From the IMG/VR virus record IMGVR_UViG_3300030118_002480, positions 1-52,095 of that record: a DNA stretch of 52,095 nt, one strand, 5' to 3'. Position numbers and translations under genes: made by a program. The notes beneath the pieces are model-generated. The model was not told the DNA's origin and did no database searches. It saw nothing but the letters and a program-made list of their open reading frames with translations. This DNA is from a virus. Taxonomy: Duplodnaviria > Caudoviricetes. The first letter of the stretch is position 1. Each line of letters begins with the position of its first letter. This document shows positions 28,301 to 36,408 of the stretch, piece after piece.

Positions 28301-30740
28301 GTTCCACGCCAAGACATATACAGATGCTTTTAATGAAATTACCAAAAAACATAAATACGAATCTGATTTAAAAGATAAAGTTTATACTGTTGAAATAGAT
28401 AAAAAACTGCAAAAGTTAAAAGGCTCTGAAATTGTTGATATTATTAACAATAAAGAAACAGCGTATTATAAAAAAGAACTAGAGATTGCACAGGGTAATG
28501 TCCCTAAAGATGCTTCTGGTGATTTAAAAGTAATAGGAACAACTGCAGATGGTCAACCATTATATGCATTACAAAAAGCTATAGAGTTTGGTGTTCCTGG
28601 ATTTACATCTGGTCCTAAAAATAGTGGTTACGTTAAAGGATTCTACGACCCTAAAACTAAACAGAATCCAATTATTAACTTTGAAAAACTTGTAAACGAT
28701 TTCAATAGAGCTGTAGCTAAAAACAAAAAAATACCAACAGAATTTGGTATTGATGGTATAAATACTATAGCTAGGTCAATGAAATATGAAATAGCTACTA
28801 ATACTAAAAAGCTAAACAAAAAAGAATTAAAAGAAATGTATGAAACATTTCCATCTAGAACTGGTAGAATATCAGAAGAAATGTATTTTCCGCACAATCA
28901 TTTTAGTAAAAAGACTGCACTTAACGCACTTAAGGAATATGTAAAATATATACGCAAAAGCAGTTTAGATGTTAAAGAGCAAGATAAGTTAATAACTAAA
29001 TTAACATACAGACACCACGCATTGACTGGTGATTATATGTTTGAAGCTATTAATACTTGGGAAGGATTTAATAAAAGTTTAGAAAACATAGGTAAACGTA
29101 AACAGAAAAAAGAAGAGCGTATAAGTTGGTTGCAAGATATAAAGAAAACTGGTTCTCAACTTAGTAGAGAAGGTCATATACCTGGATATTCATTAGACAT
29201 ACAAGTTCCCACAGGTTATGGTAAAAGTTTAAATAATACATACTACAAACAATGGGCTCAAATACTTGCAAGAGATACTATATCTAAGTTTGAACAATCA
29301 ATGTTTGATAGAAAAGTACCAGAAAACATTAAAGAATCGTGGTCTACATTTTTAAAGCTTTATGTGCAAGGTGCTATAGGCAACCCTGATGTGGTCCCTG
29401 AGTATGTTTATGAGAATCCTAATATGAAAATAAAAGGTACACCTTATGGATGGTGGGCTGATAATAGAGTTAAGGATAGGCTTAATAAAATAGGCGACAA
29501 ATTAGGATTAATTAAGAAAGAATTACCTGAAGAACTTAGAGGTTTAGATTTAAATGATGTACGTAACTGGAGTAACCTAGAAGCTAAGTTTGAGTTAGCA
29601 TCGTTATTAGCACACCCTAAATCTGTTGTTGCTAATATCTTTGGTGGTACTATGCATACTGTACAATCTGTTGGTATGAAGACTTGGATGGATGCTAGAA
29701 ACAATAAGTATATGGCTGCACTTAGTGATAAGTTTGCATCTAAGGAAGCTAGAGAAGCGTTTGTAATTAAACAAGGCGTACTACCTGAGCAATTACTTGA
29801 GGAATATGGTTTAGCAACAGAATATCAATCATCTCGTAATAAAGAATTTATTGAACTTGTTGCACGTAAACTTAAGCGTGACCCTAATCTATCTAGCGAA
29901 TCTGTTTTAGATTTAGGTAAAGAAAAAGGTATCACAAGACCCGTTACAGAATTAGCAGCTAAGTTTATGTCTGTACCAGAAAGAGCATTAAGAAGAGATG
30001 CATTCATGGCACATTATTTATTTTGGTATAAAAAATTTAATGGTGCTATTAGAGAGTTTGACCACCCTATATTAATAGATTTAGCTAAAAAAGGAGTTAA
30101 ATCTACTCAGTTTTTATATTCTGCTCCATTTAGACCTATGTTTGCTAGAACAGCACTAGGTAAAGTAATGACACGTTTCCAGCTTTGGGGCTGGAATGCT
30201 ATACGTTTTAGAAGAGAAGCATTAAGACAAGCTAGATTATATGGTTTTAAAGGTAAAGAAGCAGAACGTGTGGCAAGAATAATGCAATTAGACCTATTTG
30301 TATTCTCATTAGGTAATGCTTTTGCATATTCATTATTTGATACAGCAATGCCATCGCCATGGAACTGGATGCAAGATACTAGTGAATGGTTGTTTGGTGA
30401 TGAAAAAGATAAGAAAAGAGCGTTCTTCGGTCAATGGCCACAGCCAATTGCACCATTACAGCTAATTACTCCACCAATAGCACGACTGCCAATGGCATCT
30501 ATGAGAGCTGTATTAGAAGATGATTGGGAGCGAGTAGCTAACTACTACGTACACACTATGTATCCATTTGGAAGAATATCTAGAGATTTTGTTGCTCAAA
30601 ACAACTTAATAGAAAACCCAATGTCACTTGTAGATAAGTGGACAGGCATACCATTAATAGGATTAAGTAGAGCGTCTAAAGAATTAAGGGAAGGTGAAGA
30701 AAGAAAAGTCCCAACACCTGGGTCAGGACTTACTTTCTGA
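22320..30740 (+). CDS. Giant virion protein containing a two-barrel (crAss-type) RNA polymerase core
   Basis: DGA (D777), GKY, SAVK (K848), IRVP (R1159), GGADLDIDS (D1198/D1200/D1202, nt 25911-25925); Gly/Ala-rich hydrophobic N-terminus. Confidence 0.8.
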   Translation: MAEFQPRLDERTVRTLIDSYKKNPDAYANLKDTIQQHADYHNIPFYSGEFSISDALTDLGSGFIEGFTTLKVGDTPDNEYEAIFKNLGHLAGFAPGIIGAPLGAAAKVSAKLGLKTTSLMTAANTARSLNNKSVPMAVANFATKQTKKIVKPFLNQGRLAKNDAVRTASNFILGERARHIAEGAFHLGAASAASAWQGGVDEMMAAFVGGAQAGGVFRSIGNFVNTGSEAGNKVAKTLAGSLFMGLPATMRGATTPEQVYEYVMGAWFGGQERPWTVAKAQKFSQKYEKDAQKPGNEALVEIYDPARHPEFSKLPPEVQKEVVTQFNQTRGTVEEQVQRTAANELQRQLNIETEKLLEQEGVPKVEVKTEPTKIVEKEKEVFETGSTEESNVGVEPTIDPKIGNKAQNIVRFDMPDFFKGKELTSQQRLDQTAEITTKMSNILDKYVRGPKTNESSDAFKEVQEMLQKDYKYQINNSNRDPERVLRTEGDIRQFITRYKNDKVTEVLTTDGSNIYFLTQQNAKNLAGNKKVLTEPLKIADQIWKKLTGKDERAHTFLDHIVVEGENGQREISLQKLKQMEYAEYGGAKDYYNLVGSTIKEMNKKGYSYFGGKGTADRLYFMKHHPKSNTAGNMRTIISQFKASDIRALRNDFKKKYNLTQAEFDRGFASNVLWQLEMNGLEFTPANIKKMQGDGFLKNAIAFNKRLPLLMTDAYSAEKEFFTNKQSPGYIADLVEGNFRYNIIPDFGQNLSKRLQDKMKEAAKFSDIESTKTEEHLDGAIIARDDVVKALNLEKGTPESGTNKSLIVSPNAEHGALLGKYAIHPAGPKLSAEMKDANIHMNIMASAVKQKGTREFYEVYDLDPTHIKQDLGIKQSKKFIAPQSIKKQMLTNLVEAMAFQKASKDGFTVKEAVDGIFKDFMEPRIKGDAKANEALDAYLEKLPTASDKQLAKELDKLDFDAIGLERITDAMKQPGNQLFSKAFYNYLLLNRKSAIREEYAEGVMTEAEYDANNREVEYYHSVAQKMISAARKDAIRRGKPENEANIFTHPDINKYRDKMMSSWIVNSVTKPKVKNSAAAIIRPYDEGLQKDLDGVNPRLKELNTNSKIFFLGDKHKKKIVETELYGEKTLEELYNTYLSKSTPESAKKRLEEVFRTAVIRVPADSNSGTQILQFAGFTGRNDYGILMHGLKMRALGGADLDIDSAYMYFGGKGGLKKEYKDVMEAQEQEFYVKQKDGRFKIADNKAKEFEKKLIQEYSPREDALFKSQAGMFAPNMRHQASEGAVEGRGLLGGAAVNPKNIMASAYQMILNKGKDEFTVKHFGKDVKVTLTPKTKPQEIDYANKLMRATVGFASDAMDYGKPKGYENWYKQALEAHFTVKSKVPLAKLNVSEFNKNGVIGMLSKANNAYYGKDYTNQRQYTMEDRKNLTAELMAEDPKNITTMTPKIARLLHNIDYSDHALNRVKFDRITDLYNNYNKSVAEYSSLKGMLGRRTLKTPTPTVINKVYKYNLLNPDALVAAAKNKATFYDVIKGTKFATFKKAKNKLYTEQERIAVLERLKEQAGDFSGRDIQTMVTVQELVKIIDVVKKRVPGITKAEVNAMIKDAHTTVEKLKAESYLMRDDRNSLDAELDSGRQRKSKGSSIKDQNAIDAEIRKWKRNRTDIEKRLFDTLMLGSLNRGNPERLAELNAIKLERPLTNKEQREYNTELTNTARTSSSMLGYNSEAMETNSIGKFLGEINNTYNEVSTHRAPEQIRKEGTILLEEPTKKESIEKGWPEESDAKLTEVFTTGWEGVKEAKGKTKLDAETKGYIDDIVMDLKTENNKVVQNIGFIAREVVGKDINIFNKQDWMVLRNWLRDTKTGTFWQRLKGEDISKVSQRTYLQFPETINKELMRDEIVLMQKKGIFMTAEGMKTGKSILPTQYMDITQYRIKSVLDAADAANEQLSLERVKEYTFLDAIPEGRQLWEVAMVKRELPMAEKILTDVSKKDKPLAMFHAKTYTDAFNEITKKHKYESDLKDKVYTVEIDKKLQKLKGSEIVDIINNKETAYYKKELEIAQGNVPKDASGDLKVIGTTADGQPLYALQKAIEFGVPGFTSGPKNSGYVKGFYDPKTKQNPIINFEKLVNDFNRAVAKNKKIPTEFGIDGINTIARSMKYEIATNTKKLNKKELKEMYETFPSRTGRISEEMYFPHNHFSKKTALNALKEYVKYIRKSSLDVKEQDKLITKLTYRHHALTGDYMFEAINTWEGFNKSLENIGKRKQKKEERISWLQDIKKTGSQLSREGHIPGYSLDIQVPTGYGKSLNNTYYKQWAQILARDTISKFEQSMFDRKVPENIKESWSTFLKLYVQGAIGNPDVVPEYVYENPNMKIKGTPYGWWADNRVKDRLNKIGDKLGLIKKELPEELRGLDLNDVRNWSNLEAKFELASLLAHPKSVVANIFGGTMHTVQSVGMKTWMDARNNKYMAALSDKFASKEAREAFVIKQGVLPEQLLEEYGLATEYQSSRNKEFIELVARKLKRDPNLSSESVLDLGKEKGITRPVTELAAKFMSVPERALRRDAFMAHYLFWYKKFNGAIREFDHPILIDLAKKGVKSTQFLYSAPFRPMFARTALGKVMTRFQLWGWNAIRFRREALRQARLYGFKGKEAERVARIMQLDLFVFSLGNAFAYSLFDTAMPSPWNWMQDTSEWLFGDEKDKKRAFFGQWPQPIAPLQLITPPIARLPMASMRAVLEDDWERVANYYVHTMYPFGRISRDFVAQNNLIENPMSLVDKWTGIPLIGLSRASKELREGEERKVPTPGSGLTF

Positions 30741-31040
30741 TTCTTCTATCATACCCCACAACAACCATAAGTATACTGTAAGGTCTGTCAATCTACCACG
30801 TACATCTTCTCTTTGACTTTTATATCCTTTAATATAAGCAGATATTCCATCAAAGTGTTTTGATGCATATACCCAGAGAGCTTGTTCTCTAGATATGTTA
30901 CACGATTCTGCTACTCTTTCAAAGTTAGCAAATACATTATCTTCATTATGGGCGTATTCTTTTTGCCCTGAGTCACGAGTCTTTGTTATCTTTGGTAGAA
31001 TCTTCTTTTCCATTAGATTCTTCATTTCCTTGTGTTTCAT
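30723..31040 (-). CDS. DUF1599/nucleotide-modification-associated domain-like protein
   Basis: KEYA...FANF...KH...RLTDLTVY helical pattern. Confidence 0.55.
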   Translation of the reverse strand: MKHKEMKNLMEKKILPKITKTRDSGQKEYAHNEDNVFANFERVAESCNISREQALWVYASKHFDGISAYIKGYKSQREDVRGRLTDLTVYLWLLWGMIEESESKS

Positions 31041-31224
31041 TAAGACCTCCTAACTTTTCTTTCATAAATGCATGAAATGATTCTTGTGATAGCATTTTAT
31101 CTTCGTCTAACTTCATAAGCAATAGATTAATTGTCATTTCTACTGCTTCAACTTTTTGTATTGTTTGATTGATAACATTGATTATTTGTTTTTTACCAAT
31201 GTTTTTGTATTTTGCATTACTCAT
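30973..31224 (-). CDS. Hypothetical protein
   Basis: Coupled ORF in the minus-strand block. Confidence 0.55.
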   Translation of the reverse strand: MSNAKYKNIGKKQIINVINQTIQKVEAVEMTINLLLMKLDEDKMLSQESFHAFMKEKLGGLNETQGNEESNGKEDSTKDNKDS

Positions 31225-31468
31225 CTCTTTTCTCCGTATACATTGCCATAGCTTTTAATCGACCTTTTAATATTGTAGCTACGTTACTGTTTTCAAACTC
31301 AACTTGTGGTGTTCGTGTTGAATTGCCTTTTGTTATTGCAACAGATTCTGCTTGTTTTGTTTCTTGGCAAAGAAATAGTTCATTAGTTAATCGTTTTATT
31401 TCTTCATCTTTGTTATCTATTATTTGTTGTAGTTTTTGTATTTTATCTCTATAAAAGCTCATACTCAT
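31217..31468 (-). CDS. Hypothetical coiled-coil protein
   Basis: Coupled ORF with AGG-type SD. Confidence 0.55.
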   Translation of the reverse strand: MSMSFYRDKIQKLQQIIDNKDEEIKRLTNELFLCQETKQAESVAITKGNSTRTPQVEFENSNVATILKGRLKAMAMYTEKRDE

Positions 31469-32183
31469 CTTTACCTCCTATTTGAAATGTAGTTTTTAGT
31501 TTTGCTTTAATTTTGGGTTTTGGATTGCCACCATTCAAGAATCTCCATACACTATCAACAGACATAGCTATGTCTAAGTTAAACTTAAACTTTTTTAATT
31601 GATAGTTAGGTTCTCTTATCCATTTACCTTTAGTGTATAATCCTGCTAATATACCTATTTCTTCTCCTGTTATTTTAGATAACAGTTCTGCATACATATT
31701 TAGCTGTATTTCATGAGACTTATAATAGCCTCCTGTTTTGATGTCTATAATAGCATATTTACCATTCATTTTAGCTATTATATCACAAGTACCTGCCCAG
31801 GGTACATCTTTGTGCCACATAAACAATTCTGTGTCAATCATTTGTATTTCATTATCTCTCCAGAATTTTTCAAACGACATAAGATGCTTACATATTTCTT
31901 CATCTTCTGCTTCAACAGATTCACCATGCATATATTTTTCTGCAAGGTCATGAACAAGCGTTCCTCTATCTGCTGCTTTATCACGTTCTTCACACGCAAT
32001 TTTGTAGCTGGGATGATTACCTAACCATTGCTCAAAACCCTTACCTTTATTTAACGTACCACCTATAATAGTAGTAACTGAAGGCTTCCAATTGTAAGAA
32101 CCAACTGGCGCATACCACCTATCTCCTGATTCATGTCTTCTAATATCCAAGCTTTCTTTATACAGTTCTATTTTATCCTTCAT
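31449..32183 (-). CDS. PD-(D/E)XK exonuclease (Cas4/lambda-exo-like)
   Basis: PSVTTII, RGTLVH, E...AGTCD, IIDIKT, QLNMY motifs. Confidence 0.85.
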   Translation of the reverse strand: MKDKIELYKESLDIRRHESGDRWYAPVGSYNWKPSVTTIIGGTLNKGKGFEQWLGNHPSYKIACEERDKAADRGTLVHDLAEKYMHGESVEAEDEEICKHLMSFEKFWRDNEIQMIDTELFMWHKDVPWAGTCDIIAKMNGKYAIIDIKTGGYYKSHEIQLNMYAELLSKITGEEIGILAGLYTKGKWIREPNYQLKKFKFNLDIAMSVDSVWRFLNGGNPKPKIKAKLKTTFQIGGKDEYELL

Positions 32184-32562
32184 AGTTCATTAACTCCTTT
32201 ATAGGCACTAACGCACCTTCACTAGCATTGTCATCACCACCTTTTACTGGATAACTAGCTATCCCTTCGTTTATTAATTTTTTAACTTTGGCTTTCATTA
32301 TATTAGTAGGCAACAATATTATCCCTTGTATCTCCCCCTCTAGGGTTAGTATTGTTGCCCACCAATCAGCCTTGGTAGTTGTTATGCCACTCAAGGTCCC
32401 ACGCCATACAAATTCTACAAATATATTGCCTGTCTCTTTCCATTTATCACGTTCTGTTTTGACTTCAATCAACCTGTTTGTATCTGCTGTCAATAATTCT
32501 GATAATGTACCCTCATATTTTATTCCGAAAGGCAAATCAATATCGTAGAATTTACTCATCAT
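32173..32562 (-). CDS. PD-(D/E)XK-like phage protein
   Basis: IEVKTERD, TGNIFVE, SGITTTKADWW, GGDDNAS motifs. Confidence 0.65.
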   Translation of the reverse strand: MMSKFYDIDLPFGIKYEGTLSELLTADTNRLIEVKTERDKWKETGNIFVEFVWRGTLSGITTTKADWWATILTLEGEIQGIILLPTNIMKAKVKKLINEGIASYPVKGGDDNASEGALVPIKELMNYEG

Positions 32563-32782
32563 CTACTCCATTCATTTGTTCTTTAGCTCTCCAAGTATAT
32601 ACGCCATTCAAATACGTTTCTATCCACCAACATCCATTAGCAGCTTTTTTAATAGCTTTTGTACGTCTATCTACTGTTGATGTTTTTGGTTTTGAAAGCG
32701 TTCTACCTGCGTCTCTTTGTTCTGATGATAGGTTTACTAGAGTTGTTTTCTTTGTTGACTTTTTTATTTTTTTTAAGTCCAT
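32552..32782 (-). CDS. Hypothetical basic protein
   Basis: AAGGAG SD; coupled to the next gene. Confidence 0.6.
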   Translation of the reverse strand: MDLKKIKKSTKKTTLVNLSSEQRDAGRTLSKPKTSTVDRRTKAIKKAANGCWWIETYLNGVYTWRAKEQMNGVDDE

Positions 32783-32921
32783 TTTTATATCTCCTTATCC
32801 ATTTGCCATTTTTAAATGTTAGATTGAACAGATTTTCTTGATGTTTTATTATTTTTTCAACGCACGATATATTGTCCTTGTCGTTACGTTGTATCTTGTA
32901 GCGAGGTCTTTTATTTTCCAT
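32703..32921 (-). CDS. Hypothetical basic protein
   Basis: ORF fills the gap; long 3' overlap with the next gene lowers confidence. Confidence 0.45.
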   Translation of the reverse strand: MENKRPRYKIQRNDKDNISCVEKIIKHQENLFNLTFKNGKWIRRYKNGLKKNKKVNKENNSSKPIIRTKRRR

Positions 32922-32951
32922 CCTAACAACCTTTTTAGTTTGATGCCGATT

Positions 32952-33209
32952 CTATCGAATTTGCTTATTTTGACGTTCATGCCATAACCTCCTGGCTTCT
33001 GCTTTTGTTTTGTTGTCTGCTTTTCTTTTTTCTCTTAGTACATATGTTCCATTTGTATAAAAGATAAAGTCTTTTTCTTCCCAATTTGCTAATTCATAAT
33101 ACTTATCTTGTGGATATGGACGTGGATTATTTAGATTCCATATTTCATCTGCCATTGTTGCGAGAGTAAGTATTGTATAACATTTAATAACCATTCCAAA
33201 TAATATCAT
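32952..33209 (-). CDS. Hypothetical protein with hydrophobic N-terminus
   Basis: AAGGAG SD. Confidence 0.6.
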   Translation of the reverse strand: MILFGMVIKCYTILTLATMADEIWNLNNPRPYPQDKYYELANWEEKDFIFYTNGTYVLREKRKADNKTKAEARRLWHERQNKQIR

Positions 33210-33228
33210 AATATCTCCTTATGTGAGC

Positions 33229-33297
33229 GGGGAGAGCTGCACCAAACTATTGATAATAACTCCCGTTAATTGTTAATTGTTTGACTCTCCCCTTTTT
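33229..33297 (+). terminator. Long hairpin with T-tract, antisense to the surrounding genes
   Basis: GGGGAGAG/CTCTCCCC outer stem, inner CAAAC...GTTTG stem, then TTTTT. Confidence 0.45.
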
Positions 33298-33379
33298 CGA
33301 CTAGAAAGTTCCCATTACCTATACATAGGACATTATGAAAACATCTTGGAGTTTTTATACTGCAACTTCCAGCCAGTAT

Positions 33380-33856
33380 TTATTTAAATACATCGCTTCT
33401 AGCGAGTTTTCTTAATATATAATCTCTTGAATTTTTGTTTTGTCTTTTTAACCAACCTAATAACTTCTTGTATACTTTATCTGTTAAAGGTCCTTTTCTT
33501 GTATTGCAACGTGCACATATCATTTGAAGATTTGTCTTGATAGAATCTCCGCCGTGGCTAATAGGATTAGTGTGGTCACAAACCATATTGTTAACTTTAA
33601 GTATTTCTTTGCAATATTTACATTGTTTTCCGTACGCCAATAACATAAGTTCGCGTATTTCTTTAAGACTAATATCAAATAATACTTCATATTCTCTGCT
33701 CCTTCTTTTTAGTGAAGTTCGCAGTGTAGATGACTTTTTCATCAAACGATGAAATACACCTTTACTTCTGTTGCCATGATGTTTTTTAAGCTTTGGGAGG
33801 AACTTGTCCTCCCAAAACTTCATTCTACTAGTAATCTTACGCTTGGCCTGCTTCAT
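33380..33856 (-). CDS. HNH endonuclease
   Basis: CKYC, DHTNPISHGG, NLQMICARCNTRKG. Confidence 0.88.
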   Translation of the reverse strand: MKQAKRKITSRMKFWEDKFLPKLKKHHGNRSKGVFHRLMKKSSTLRTSLKRRSREYEVLFDISLKEIRELMLLAYGKQCKYCKEILKVNNMVCDHTNPISHGGDSIKTNLQMICARCNTRKGPLTDKVYKKLLGWLKRQNKNSRDYILRKLARSDVFK

Positions 33857-34037
33857 GCCAACCCAATTTGCTTCTCACAGCTAGCGTAAGATTTGTTTCT
33901 AGTTTCCATAGCCCTAAAATTAATGATGATGCTTTACCTGTTTCATCATTAATCCATGCTACGCCTATTCTAAACGTTTTAAATAGCTCTATCATAGCTA
34001 AATTATCGTCTAGTATTATTGTTATAAACCATCCCAT
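33837..34037 (-). CDS. Hypothetical protein
   Basis: TAATG coupling to the primase-helicase gene. Confidence 0.55.
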   Translation of the reverse strand: MGWFITIILDDNLAMIELFKTFRIGVAWINDETGKASSLILGLWKLETNLTLAVRSKLGWHEAGQA

Positions 34038-35803
34038 TAGACTCTCCTTAATCTAAAACTTTCACGCCATTCTACATCTACATCAAATAATTCACCATCA
34101 GTATTTTTGTACATATGAATTTCTTTAATATTAGAATCAGCTTGACCATTAAGACCAATCACTTTACGTGATGCATTCTCAATAGCACCTGAACCTTTAC
34201 CTGCATACAGGTCTAAGACTTCATTTCTACTGTATTCCCTACTGACTTGTGATACTTGTATAATAATAACGTCTAGATTTACAGCCATATTAGATAAGTT
34301 ATGAGATATGTATTTAATTTGTTCATATTCTCCTTTAACATCTTTTGGCGTATCTACCAAATCAATATAATCAACAACAACAAGATATGGATTTAATTCT
34401 TTTATCTTGTCTTGTATTGATGTTAGAGTTGGCGTTACTGTTTGTATATGCAAATGCTGCAGTTCATCAGAATGTTTTTTGTATACTTCTTTGTAATTAG
34501 CATTAACTTGTTCTTTTGATAAACCAGATACAATTTGCAAATGACGTCTGTGCATATACCATGCTGAAAGTTCTAAAGATAAAAACAATGTTGGTATTTG
34601 CCATTGTTTGTTTATTCTATCGTTTTTAAAATCTACACCCAATGCAAGATTTTGCGCTAATGTAGTTTTGTTAGACCCTGTTGGACCGAATATAGTAACA
34701 AGCTCTCCTGGATATATTTGAGTATCATATCCCTTTAAATCAAACATATCTGATAAAGGTACAGTTCTACCTTGGAAGTTTGTTTCTAATCGTTCTTCGT
34801 ATTCTTTTTGTAATGTGCTAGAATCTTTAACATCAATATGATAATTTTTGTTTTTAAAGTAAATACATTTTGTTTGACAATGTTCTTTCATTACAGAATC
34901 ATGACAACTGTATCTGTAGTTTCCATTGTAAACAGATTCTATTTTTTGTATTACTGATTCTTCATTCATCATATTGTTATTCCAATGCAATATCATTACT
35001 TTTGCATAGTCACTAGGAACACCATTTCTTTTGAGATAACTAGCTATCCTAAGTAAGGTATTGTGCCTAGAGCCTTGTATTGGGCCATTTCTAAGCATTG
35101 TTTGCACACAAGGTACTATCTTCGTGGGCTCACTAACTTTGCTTTGTTGGCGTATTTTAGGGACATCTAGGCATATATAGCCTTCTAGCTCATTATCACC
35201 ATCTAATAATTCATATGGATATTCAAAACGAGGGTCTTTAGCCAAGTCGTGTATCTGTTGATAAGTATAGTTTAGTGCTTCATGTAATGTAATAGGTATT
35301 TTATATAGGTTTGTCTTTTGATTTTTAGTGTGAGAAACTCTATATATTCCACTTCTCATATATATACTACTATCTATATCTTCAAACAGATTTGACATTG
35401 TTTGTTTGACTTGATAGGGCAGGCTATCACTAGCTTGGAAATTGAATACTTTATTTGTTATGACGATATGATAACCAGTACCACTAAAATAACATTGTAT
35501 ACTCTCATCTAATACTTCTAAAGTATTTAAATGGAGCAGGGTATTACGCAATTGTTTTAGTGTGTATTCATCTGAGTTGTCTTTTCTATCTATATCAATA
35601 AGTATATTGTCAATACCACGCTTACCGTGATAGCCTTTTAACGTCCTATGTGAATTAGCATATTCTTTTGCATCATCACCGTAGAGATAAACAGAGCGAT
35701 ATAATGGGCTACCATCTTTAGGAAGATAATATCCAAGCTCGCTGCGCAACACTAGGTTACCCCGATTATTAGGGCTTCCAACTGCTATCTCTACATAGTT
35801 CAT
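34037..35803 (-). CDS. AEP-type primase(-polymerase) fused to a DnaB/RecA-type helicase
   Basis: IDID, FSGTGYH, DSSIY..R; PriCT-like GSRHNTLLRIASYL; Cys cluster; Walker A GPTGSNKT; Walker B VVVDY; VSQVSR; GSGAIEN. Confidence 0.85.
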   Translation of the reverse strand: MNYVEIAVGSPNNRGNLVLRSELGYYLPKDGSPLYRSVYLYGDDAKEYANSHRTLKGYHGKRGIDNILIDIDRKDNSDEYTLKQLRNTLLHLNTLEVLDESIQCYFSGTGYHIVITNKVFNFQASDSLPYQVKQTMSNLFEDIDSSIYMRSGIYRVSHTKNQKTNLYKIPITLHEALNYTYQQIHDLAKDPRFEYPYELLDGDNELEGYICLDVPKIRQQSKVSEPTKIVPCVQTMLRNGPIQGSRHNTLLRIASYLKRNGVPSDYAKVMILHWNNNMMNEESVIQKIESVYNGNYRYSCHDSVMKEHCQTKCIYFKNKNYHIDVKDSSTLQKEYEERLETNFQGRTVPLSDMFDLKGYDTQIYPGELVTIFGPTGSNKTTLAQNLALGVDFKNDRINKQWQIPTLFLSLELSAWYMHRRHLQIVSGLSKEQVNANYKEVYKKHSDELQHLHIQTVTPTLTSIQDKIKELNPYLVVVDYIDLVDTPKDVKGEYEQIKYISHNLSNMAVNLDVIIIQVSQVSREYSRNEVLDLYAGKGSGAIENASRKVIGLNGQADSNIKEIHMYKNTDGELFDVDVEWRESFRLRRV

Positions 35804-36408
35804 AGATTAGCTAGCGCATTGTCAGCCAAGTTAGTTTGTCCTTTTGGAGCAAAATCATCTTGACTAGCCTCTTTTAGATATCCATTTTCTTTTAACCATT
35901 TAATATCTTTATCACATTGCATTCTACCACCTTCTGTATTTAGCCATAGTTTTGGCCACATTTCTGTGTACACTTTATCTCCTGGCTTTTTAGGTTTCTT
36001 TTTGTATGCGTATGCAATAAACTCTTGATTTGTAGTTTTGAAATTATTATTCAAATGTTCTGCAATATTAGTAATTTCATTGCCATTTTCGTCTTCCCAT
36101 TTTTTATCAATAGTAAGACCACCTTTAAATCCAATCATTTCAAAGATATTGTACATTCTTTTAAGTACACTACCTCCTACAATTTTACCCTCACTATCTT
36201 TATCTAGTCTGCCTAATAAAGACATTTTGTTGGTGTATTCGCTACCCTTAACAGATAATTCTATTTCTAAGAATATTTCAGCCCAATCTTGTCCTGGGAA
36301 ATCACCACTTCTATCTTTAAAACCTACTGGTCCTACTTCTATTGCACCTAAGTATGAAGACTTAGGAGTTGTTGTTGTACTTGTTGTTTCTGGTTTGAAT
36401 ATAGCCAT
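35800..36408 (-). CDS. Putative single-stranded DNA-binding protein
   Basis: Lies between the AAA ATPase and the primase-helicase; beta-rich with a flexible C-terminal tail. Confidence 0.45.
   Translation of the reverse strand: MAIFKPETTSTTTTPKSSYLGAIEVGPVGFKDRSGDFPGQDWAEIFLEIELSVKGSEYTNKMSLLGRLDKDSEGKIVGGSVLKRMYNIFEMIGFKGGLTIDKKWEDENGNEITNIAEHLNNNFKTTNQEFIAYAYKKKPKKPGDKVYTEMWPKLWLNTEGGRMQCDKDIKWLKENGYLKEASQDDFAPKGQTNLADNALANL

Noticed and set aside
22454-30007. Antisense ORFs within the giant gene and other large genes (e.g. 26954-27547)
   Set aside because: Shadow ORFs from codon bias, with no SD and no recognisable motifs
31449-32183. Cas4 of a CRISPR system
   Set aside because: No other cas genes, no four-Cys Fe-S cluster; fits an ordinary phage exonuclease
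33380-33856. Intron-encoded homing endonuclease
   Set aside because: Free-standing, coupled to the upstream gene, and not interrupting any recognisable gene
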